A DNA stretch of 8,896 nt from Candidatus Wukongarchaeum yapensis (lineage in GTDB: Archaea > Asgardarchaeota > Wukongarchaeia > Wukongarchaeales > Wukongarchaeaceae): contig JAEOSI010000080.1 in NCBI GenBank assembly GCA_016840425.1, positions 1-8,896 of the forward strand. The letters run 5' to 3'. The notes under the pieces were generated by a model. That model saw nothing but the letters and a program-made list of their open reading frames with translations, had not been told where the DNA came from and did no database searches. The position numbers and the translations under genes were made by a program. Shown one piece after another: positions 1-5,847 of this stretch (positions are counted from its first letter, which is position 1; every line of letters starts with the position of its first letter).

Positions 1-128
1 ATTTTATTTTACATTTTGTTATCCTTGTTCCTCTCTTTCAAAATTTGAAAAAATAGGGTAATAAAAAGGAAAGCGAAGTAAGCCCTACTTTTATAAATTT
101 TTACCGTTTTTAATCCTTCTACTTTTCC

Positions 129-1256
129 TTATTCTGGGTTTGGGGCGGCTGTTTCAGGGACTACTGGTTTTGGTAATGGTTTTGGAGCCCCGAATTTTTT
201 CGGGGTTCCGTCTTCTGTGAAGAAGTATTTTTGAGCCCATAGAGAGAAGTAAACAAGGATGATTAGGACCGGAACCTCTATGAGGGGTCCTATAACGGTG
301 GCTAGTGCCTGTCCGCTTGTGATCCCCCAAGTGCCAACTGCTACTGCTATGGCTAGCTCGAAGTTGTTGCTAGCAGCGGTAAATGAAAGGGTTGCAGTTT
401 CAGAGTACCGGAATTTTAAACGCCATGAGATCACGTAAGATATAGCGAACATCAAAACAAAGTAGAATAAGAGGGGAATAATTATCCTAGCAAGGTCTGC
501 GCCAAGCTCTACTATGTTTTTCCCTTGCATGGAAAACATTACTACGATGGTGAAAAGTAACCCTATCAAGGCGGTAGGGCCTAGTTTCTCCATTAAAACT
601 TCTTCATACCACTCCTTTCCTTTCTTTTTTACTCCTACGTACCGGGTTATTATTCCTCCTATCAACGGTATTCCTAAGAATATAAACACACTTTTCGCAA
701 TATCAAGCATGGTTATACTCACTGTTGCTGATTCTCCAAGGATCCAGCCAGACATCACCGTGATGAAAAAGTAAGCATAAACCGAATAAAACAGGATCTG
801 AAAAATGGAGTTTAAAGCCACAAGGACGGCGCAGTACTCATTATGCCCTCCTGCAAGCATATTCCATATAAGAACCATGGCGATACATCTCGCCAAGCCC
901 GTAACTATCAAACCTTCTCTGTATTCAGGGTAGCCAGCTAAAAATATCAATGCAAGGGTAAACATGAGCCAAGGCCCTATAATCCAGTTTAAGAAACCAG
1001 AAACCCCAAATAACTTAAACTCACTAGCAACTTTGGAGAGCTCTTCATATCTTACTTTCGCGAGAACAGGGTACATCATCCATAAAAGCCCAATGGCTAT
1101 GGGAAGCGATACCGTTCCAAACTGTACAGCCTTGAAGAAATCTTGGATTCCTGGAACAAACCCTAAAAGAATCCCTATTACCATAGCGATGCCGATCCAC
1201 AAAGGGAGAAAACGATCTATTATGGACAACCTACCGATAACCCTCGTCTGAGACAA
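129..1256 (-). CDS. acr3: Acr3-family arsenite efflux transporter
   Basis: 375-aa hydrophobic ORF with about 10 TM-like segments. It has the Acr3 signature motifs DRFLPLWI, MMYPVLAKV, GLARCIAMV (essential Cys), ASNNFELAIAVA and GPLIEVPVL. TTG start at 1254-1256, with SD-like AGGCGGT on the minus strand at 1261-1267. Confidence 0.96.
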   Translation of the reverse strand: MSQTRVIGRLSIIDRFLPLWIGIAMVIGILLGFVPGIQDFFKAVQFGTVSLPIAIGLLWMMYPVLAKVRYEELSKVASEFKLFGVSGFLNWIIGPWLMFTLALIFLAGYPEYREGLIVTGLARCIAMVLIWNMLAGGHNEYCAVLVALNSIFQILFYSVYAYFFITVMSGWILGESATVSITMLDIAKSVFIFLGIPLIGGIITRYVGVKKKGKEWYEEVLMEKLGPTALIGLLFTIVVMFSMQGKNIVELGADLARIIIPLLFYFVLMFAISYVISWRLKFRYSETATLSFTAASNNFELAIAVAVGTWGITSGQALATVIGPLIEVPVLIILVYFSLWAQKYFFTEDGTPKKFGAPKPLPKPVVPETAAPNPE

Positions 1257-1349
1257 AAAAACCGCCTACTGATTATCATTTATTTTTTATGTTTGAGTGA
1301 GTTTTTTGGAGGTTTTTAGGATTATTACAGCATAATAGTTCATTAGTTG

Positions 1350-1377
1350 ATATAGATATATTTAAATATATCTATAT
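1350..1377. promoter_or_regulatory. Perfect 28-bp palindrome ATATAGATATATTTAAATATATCTATAT; candidate ArsR operator overlapping back-to-back TATA boxes
   Basis: Base-by-base pairing holds from 1350/1377 to the centre (1363/1364) and fails at 1349/1378. It lies between the divergent acr3 and DGC genes and contains TTTAAATA on both strands. The palindrome is seen directly; the operator and promoter roles are inference. Confidence 0.75.
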
Positions 1378-1461
1378 GTATTGATCCAAAATAAATGAAC
1401 TCAAAGATTCTTGGGTCATCTTATTTCCAAGAAATACTGAATTTTGAGAAAATAACAATTT

Positions 1462-1468
1462 GGTGATC
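1462..1468 (+). promoter_or_regulatory. Shine-Dalgarno site GGTGATC of the DGC gene
   Basis: Exact complement of the GAUCACC segment at the 16S rRNA 3' end, 5 nt before the ATG at 1474. GGTGA-type sites are typical of archaea. Confidence 0.7.
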
Positions 1469-1473
1469 TGATC

Positions 1474-1887
1474 ATGTGCAAATGCAAAGAAAAGACGGAA
1501 GAAGCCGATTTTGGAGTCGCGATGCTCGCCTGTTCAGGCGGATCAGCGACTGGTCTATTGACCATTAACGCCGCTGCCAGAGTTCAAAACGAGCTGGGAC
1601 TAGAAAAAGCGGGAATCCTATGTCTTTCGGGAATATCCGCTAGAATTCCAGGCTTCCTAAACGCCGTGAAGAGATACAAAGGACTTTTAGTAATAGACGG
1701 TTGTTCCGCTGAGTGCGCCTCAAAGACCCTAGAAGTTGCGGGAATAACACCGGACAGGCAGATTATAATACCCAAAGACTGCAAAATAAGCAAGAAAACC
1801 AAAGTCGTCGGCGAAAAGGAGATGAACACAGTAACGGAAGAAATCAAGAGAAAAGTAGAAGATATCCTAAACGGGAATAAGAAGTAA
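1474..1887 (+). CDS. DGC-domain putative zinc/metal-binding protein
   Basis: 137 aa with ACSGGS (C20), a central Cys (C50) and VIDGCSAEC (C77, C81), the pattern of the DGC family. It also has an N-terminal CxC (C2, C4) and a good SD site. Confidence 0.88.
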   Translation: MCKCKEKTEEADFGVAMLACSGGSATGLLTINAAARVQNELGLEKAGILCLSGISARIPGFLNAVKRYKGLLVIDGCSAECASKTLEVAGITPDRQIIIPKDCKISKKTKVVGEKEMNTVTEEIKRKVEDILNGNKK

Positions 1888-1903
1888 GGAAGCCTCCTTT
1901 TTT
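1886..1903 (+). terminator. Putative terminator after the DGC gene
   Basis: AAGGA-agcc-TCCTT short stem followed by a T run, then a long pyrimidine tract to about 1935. Confidence 0.5.
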
Positions 1904-2009
1904 TCCTTCTCCTTCCCTTTCTTGGTTCATTTTTTGCGCAAAGATTTGAAATTTCCACTATAAGAGAAGATGAAACCCAATCCGTCCGAATAATAGCTTA
2001 TTAGGTGAG

Positions 2010-2200
2010 CTAGTTCGATACTGGGTGGAAAATCTTCTCTAGAACTCCCTTTTTGTTTCGAATTCCTTTGATAGCAAATATTCGAGTCTTTCTGGTTAGA
2101 TTCCGTTTGCGAACAATTATTGCGGCAGAAGCCATGCAGACTGTTTCACTGAACTTGCTACAGTTTGTACCGGCCAGATATTCTTAGGTCTTTAGGGATT
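2010..2200 (-). pseudogene. Decayed Fe-S cluster-binding domain gene (PF04060-like, LPxTNCxxCGExTCMAFA type)
   Basis: Minus-strand translation from 2198 gives SLKT*EYLAGTNCSKFSETVCMASAAIIVRK, which aligns by eye with the family pattern PLxIYxYLPxTNCxxCGExxCMAFAxxL. There is an in-frame TAA at 2184-2186 and no usable start. The second Cys position reads TTC (Phe) instead of TGC. Not in the ORF track. Confidence 0.65.
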
Positions 2201-2308
2201 TCTTGAATCTTTACTCAGTTCCAAACTAAAATAACTTGTGCCACAGCTGATATGTTGTTATAATTTTTACAAAAATAAATAGAAGGCTTAAAGGTAGAAA
2301 AAGGAGTA

Positions 2309-2686
2309 TTAAAGTTTATTTGAAGCTAATTCTTCTATTTTTTCCAGTAACTTCTTTCCAAGCACGTCTGTTAGGGAATAAAAATTCCACTTCCCCCTGC
2401 TTCTTCCCCTTACTATTCCAGCATTTTCCAGCATATTAAGATGATAAGAAATTGTAGGTTGAGAAAGGCTAAGGGCTATCGTAAGCTCACAAACACACAT
2501 TTCCCGTGCCTTAAGAAGCTTAATAATCGTTAACCTATTCGGGTCAGCTAAACTTTTAAAAATCTGCACCTCTTTTCTAAGGTTTTCGTTTTGGAGGAAA
2601 CTTTTAGCCAATTCTATGAGCTCATTCCTGTGTTTTTCAACATCTTCTAGGTTACATTCTTCAACAAGTTTTTCCAGAGAGGGCAT
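2309..2686 (-). CDS. arsR: ArsR/SmtB-family metal(loid)-sensing transcriptional repressor
   Basis: 125 aa with FKSLADPNRLTII, the alpha3 metal box EMCVCEL (C64, C66), HTH LSQPTISYHLNMLENAGIV and wing RGKWNFYSL. SD-like GGAGTG upstream. Located near acr3. Confidence 0.93.
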   Translation of the reverse strand: MPSLEKLVEECNLEDVEKHRNELIELAKSFLQNENLRKEVQIFKSLADPNRLTIIKLLKAREMCVCELTIALSLSQPTISYHLNMLENAGIVRGRSRGKWNFYSLTDVLGKKLLEKIEELASNKL

Positions 2687-2723
2687 TGAGAAGCACTCCG
2701 CTTAATAAAACAGAACTTTTTTA

Positions 2724-2738
2724 TACTTAAAGTTTGGC
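2724..2738 (-). promoter_or_regulatory. Candidate BRE/TATA promoter of arsR
   Basis: The minus strand reads GCCAAAC-TTTAAGTA about 40 nt upstream of the arsR ATG. The region is AT-rich, so this is tentative. Confidence 0.4.
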
Positions 2739-2859
2739 TAAAACTTTTTCACAAAAAACAATAAAAAACCTAAAAAACTAAACAGGTTTTACAATAGATT
2801 TAACAGCGGAAAAGAAAAGGGAAAAAGAAACATTTTAATGAAAAGATATCAATTTTTAA

Positions 2860-2865
2860 AGGTGA
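2860..2865 (+). promoter_or_regulatory. Shine-Dalgarno site AGGTGA of the UbiD-family gene
   Basis: AGGTGA 6 nt upstream of the TTG at 2872, which supports that start codon. Confidence 0.65.
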
Positions 2866-2871
2866 ATCATT

Positions 2872-4257
2872 TTGAGGGCTTTGGATTCTTTTCGGGAATT
2901 TTTATTTTTGTCTGAGAAAAATGGGCTTTTAAAACGTTTTTCCTCTCCTTTATCTCCTGAGTTTGAATGCGCTTACTTAATGCGATGTTATGATGGCAAA
3001 GAAACGCTCGTCTTTGAAAATATTGAAGGTTATAATGACTTAAAAATCGCGGCCGGAGTTTATAATACTCGTCAGAAAATAGCTTTAGGGCTGGGTGTTT
3101 CTGTCAAAGAACTCCTTTCCAAGATAACAGAAGCTATACGCTGTCCTGGGCTAGAAATCGAAGAAGCGGATCTTGGGGAAGCCCCTGTCCGTGAAATAAT
3201 CGCTAAAGGCCCTAATATTAGGCAAGAGTTGCCTGTTTTGCGCCATTATGAACAAGAAACCCACCCTTATATGACAAGCAGTGTAGTGATCTGTAAAGAC
3301 CCTAGAAACGGCAGGATTAACGCTTCATATCACAGAATAAAAGTGTTGAGTGATAAAAAATTAACATTAAGGCTTGTAGAAGGAAGAACGCTCTACAACT
3401 TTCATAAGATGGCTGAGGAGACGGATCAACCTCTAGAGGTGGCAGTTGTCATAGGATTGGATCCCCCTGCAGCAATAGCTTCCGCCATAAGCGCTGGTAA
3501 CGTAAGTGAATTTGGAATAGCTTCCGCCCTCTTAGGAAAACCCTACGAAATGACTCCAGGTATCACGGTGGATCTACCCGTACCTGCTAATGCTGAAATA
3601 GTCCTTGAAGGAATAATTTTACCCCATGAAAGGGCAAAAGAAGGACCATTTGTAGAGCTGGGAGGTGTAGATATCATAAGAGACCAGCCTATAATGGAAG
3701 TATCCCTGTTATCGATGAGAGAAAACGCTTTCTACCAAGCTTTACTTCCTGCTGGAAAAGAACACCAACTTTTACAAGGAATGCCCTGCGAATCTACAAT
3801 TTTTGAAGCTGCAAAAAAACATGCCAAAATAGTTGGAGTGAATATGACCCCAGGCGGGGCTGGTTGGTTGGAAGTCGCAATAGCCATCGAGAAAAATCAT
3901 CCATATATCCCAAAAGTAGTAGCAATGGCTGCAATTCACGCCCACTCAAGTTTAAAAACAGTGATAGTTGTAGACGAGGACGTGGATATATACGATTATG
4001 AAGAGCTTTATAAGACCATATTACAAAGAGCAAACCCCTCAACAGATCTCCTCATAGTAGAGGGTATCCGAGGCTCATCCCTTGACCACAGCAATCTCCG
4101 CATAGAGGGAGAAAGGGTTGTTGAACTCCCCCCCAGCAAGCTGATAATTGACGCCACAATAAAAGGTCCAAAAGAACTTTTCCAAAAAGCTACGATACCC
4201 CTTACAGAAAACGTGAAAAAAATAGTTTTTATGGACAAGGAGGAAAGTTCAAGCTAA
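2872..4257 (+). CDS. UbiD-family prFMN-dependent decarboxylase, probably trans-anhydromevalonate 5-phosphate decarboxylase (AMPD)
   Basis: 461 aa with UbiD motifs PYMTSSVV, INASYHR, VAVVIGLDP, PVPANAEIVLEG, EGPFVE (catalytic acid motif), KTVIVVDEDVD and KLIIDAT. Family assignment is strong. AMPD specificity is inferred from the EGPFV..D..R.QP style of the motif and from the adjacent AcnX gene. Confidence 0.92.
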   Translation: MRALDSFREFLFLSEKNGLLKRFSSPLSPEFECAYLMRCYDGKETLVFENIEGYNDLKIAAGVYNTRQKIALGLGVSVKELLSKITEAIRCPGLEIEEADLGEAPVREIIAKGPNIRQELPVLRHYEQETHPYMTSSVVICKDPRNGRINASYHRIKVLSDKKLTLRLVEGRTLYNFHKMAEETDQPLEVAVVIGLDPPAAIASAISAGNVSEFGIASALLGKPYEMTPGITVDLPVPANAEIVLEGIILPHERAKEGPFVELGGVDIIRDQPIMEVSLLSMRENAFYQALLPAGKEHQLLQGMPCESTIFEAAKKHAKIVGVNMTPGGAGWLEVAIAIEKNHPYIPKVVAMAAIHAHSSLKTVIVVDEDVDIYDYEELYKTILQRANPSTDLLIVEGIRGSSLDHSNLRIEGERVVELPPSKLIIDATIKGPKELFQKATIPLTENVKKIVFMDKEESSS

Positions 4258-4275
4258 TAGAAAGGGGAAACACTG

Positions 4276-5790
4276 ATGACTGATAATAATGATGAGGAAA
4301 CAGGAGACGTTTTGGAAACTGAAAAGGCTATCAGATGGCTTGACGGCGTTGATATCCAAACAGGAATAATAACCCAAGAAGACCACCCGTTGGAAGGGGT
4401 TTCAATGGCAGGAAAAACTCTCATCATGCCTAAATCTGCCGGTTCAACGGTAGGCACTTACAGGCTTTTTGCCCTGATTAAAAACCGTAAAGCTCCGAAG
4501 AAAATAGTTTTGAAGGAGTATGATGCAATAACTCTTCCTGCTATCCTTTTCGGCGTTGAAGTAGAGATCACAAGAACTTGCAAAAAGAATGAAAGGGGTG
4601 TTTATGTAGACGAAGCTGATGTTTTAGGACTTCCAAGCGAGTTTTTAGATTACTTAAAGAAGGAAGCAGAGCTTGCAGGTTCTGAAAGGTTAGTGCCAGT
4701 AACTTCTGCTCAAATTTCAGGCGTAAGTTATAAAACAATAACCGATGCTGGTCTTGATTTTATTCAAAGCTTTGTCGAAAAGGGTTATAAAGTGCGTGTT
4801 CTAACCACGTTAAACCCTGCAGGGATGGATTTTGATGAATGGGAAACAATGGGAGTACCTGAAAATTTTGCAGTAAAACAAAAACGCATTGCCAAAGCAT
4901 TTCTAAAACTTGGAGTAACCCCCACTTTTACTTGTACCCCCTATCTTTGTGGAAATGTACCAATGTTTGGAGACCATATAGCATGGGCGGAAAGCAGTGC
5001 AGTAATATTTGCAAACTCCGTACTGGGAGCACGCACCGAACGGGAAGGATCAGCAAAAAGCCTTATCGCAGCGATTTGCGGTTTAACTTCGATGTGCGGT
5101 GCACATCTTATGGAGAACAGGATTCCAACCCACATAATTAATCTCGACTTCATGCCAAAAACTTTGAACGAGTATAGCTTGATCGGAATGTTTATTGGAG
5201 AAAAATTCGGAAGCGGACAGCAAAGATGTACCCCCTATCTTAGGTTTAAAAGCAAAAAATTAACCTTAGACCAGTTAAAAGCCTTAGGCGCTGGTCTTGC
5301 AACCTCCGGATCGATATCAGTTTATCACGTGGAAAATGTTACCCCTGAAGCAAAAACCAGCCTAATAACTCCTGAAAATGCTGAAGAGACTTTTAAATGC
5401 TCCAAAGAGGAAATCAAAGCTATTATGAAGAAGTTAACAACCACAGGGGAAAAACCAGACCTTATCACTTTAGGATGCCCACATGCCTCAATAACAGAGA
5501 TCTCAGAAATAGCAGAAACCCTCAAAGAAAAGAGATTAAAGATCCCTCTTTGGGTTTGCACAAGTAAACCTGTAAAAGAAATTGCAAAGAGACAAGGCTT
5601 TGAACGCATTATTAAAAGGTCGGGAGGTCTAATAGTAGCTGATACGTGCATGGTAGTAGCTCCCCTTGAAATGATGGGGTATAAAATCATAGGGACCAAC
5701 AGCTCAAAAGCAGCACATTATCTCAAATCTTTAAGCGGTTTAGATGTAGTTATTGCCTCCTTAAAAGAACTCATAGAGATAGCCACGTAA
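4276..5790 (+). CDS. acnX: Aconitase X, single-chain fusion of small (DUF126 swivel) and large (DUF521) subunits; probable phosphomevalonate dehydratase
   Basis: Residues about 10-115 carry small-subunit motifs GVDxxTG, GKTLIMP and GSTVG (catalytic Ser57). Residues about 135-504 carry SAQISGVSY, TTLNP, TCTPY (C220), AWAESSA, GARTxREG, GCPH (C401), DTCMVV (C458) and TNSSK. The frame is continuous. It starts 18 nt after the UbiD-family stop, with SD-like AGGGG. Confidence 0.92.
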   Translation: MTDNNDEETGDVLETEKAIRWLDGVDIQTGIITQEDHPLEGVSMAGKTLIMPKSAGSTVGTYRLFALIKNRKAPKKIVLKEYDAITLPAILFGVEVEITRTCKKNERGVYVDEADVLGLPSEFLDYLKKEAELAGSERLVPVTSAQISGVSYKTITDAGLDFIQSFVEKGYKVRVLTTLNPAGMDFDEWETMGVPENFAVKQKRIAKAFLKLGVTPTFTCTPYLCGNVPMFGDHIAWAESSAVIFANSVLGARTEREGSAKSLIAAICGLTSMCGAHLMENRIPTHIINLDFMPKTLNEYSLIGMFIGEKFGSGQQRCTPYLRFKSKKLTLDQLKALGAGLATSGSISVYHVENVTPEAKTSLITPENAEETFKCSKEEIKAIMKKLTTTGEKPDLITLGCPHASITEISEIAETLKEKRLKIPLWVCTSKPVKEIAKRQGFERIIKRSGGLIVADTCMVVAPLEMMGYKIIGTNSSKAAHYLKSLSGLDVVIASLKELIEIAT

Positions 5791-5797
5791 AAACACT

Positions 5798-5824
5798 CTT
5801 TTTCCTTATTTTAAAACCTTTTAT
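5798..5824 (+). terminator. T-rich putative archaeal terminator of the ubiD-like/acnX operon
   Basis: Several T4-T5 runs directly after the acnX stop codon and no strong hairpin. Confidence 0.4.
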
Positions 5825-5847
5825 GGGCGGATTTACTTTCTTTTTAA

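Noticed and set aside
36-97. 7-1-7 inverted repeat TTTCAAA-A-TTTGAAA (36-50) and TTTATAAA (90-97)
   Set aside because: Short and AT-only or nearly so, in very AT-rich DNA at the window edge. The nearest minus-strand ATG is followed at once by TAA, so no gene can be linked.
514-1251. ORFs 514-774 (+) and 964-1251 (+)
   Set aside because: Antisense shadows of acr3 with no motifs.
1584-1958. 124-aa minus-strand ORF overlapping the DGC gene
   Set aside because: Mostly antisense to a well-supported gene, and its basic and hydrophobic runs mirror the terminator tract and the Lys/Glu codons of the DGC gene. No family motif.
2745-2835. A-rich periodic-looking tract between arsR and the UbiD-family gene
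   Set aside because: Low-complexity A runs without a consistent repeat unit or spacers. Not a CRISPR array or tandem repeat.
3794-5699. Short ORFs 3794-4042, 4008-4238, 4254-4457, 4932-5141, 4941-5153 and 5325-5699
   Set aside because: All lie within or antisense to the UbiD-family and acnX genes and have no recognisable motifs.
4276-5790. AcnX fusion as a bacterial cis-3-hydroxy-L-proline dehydratase
   Set aside because: Not favoured: no hydroxyproline catabolism genes nearby, the neighbour is a UbiD-family decarboxylase, and the large domain reads like archaeal subunits. Not formally excluded without a tree.
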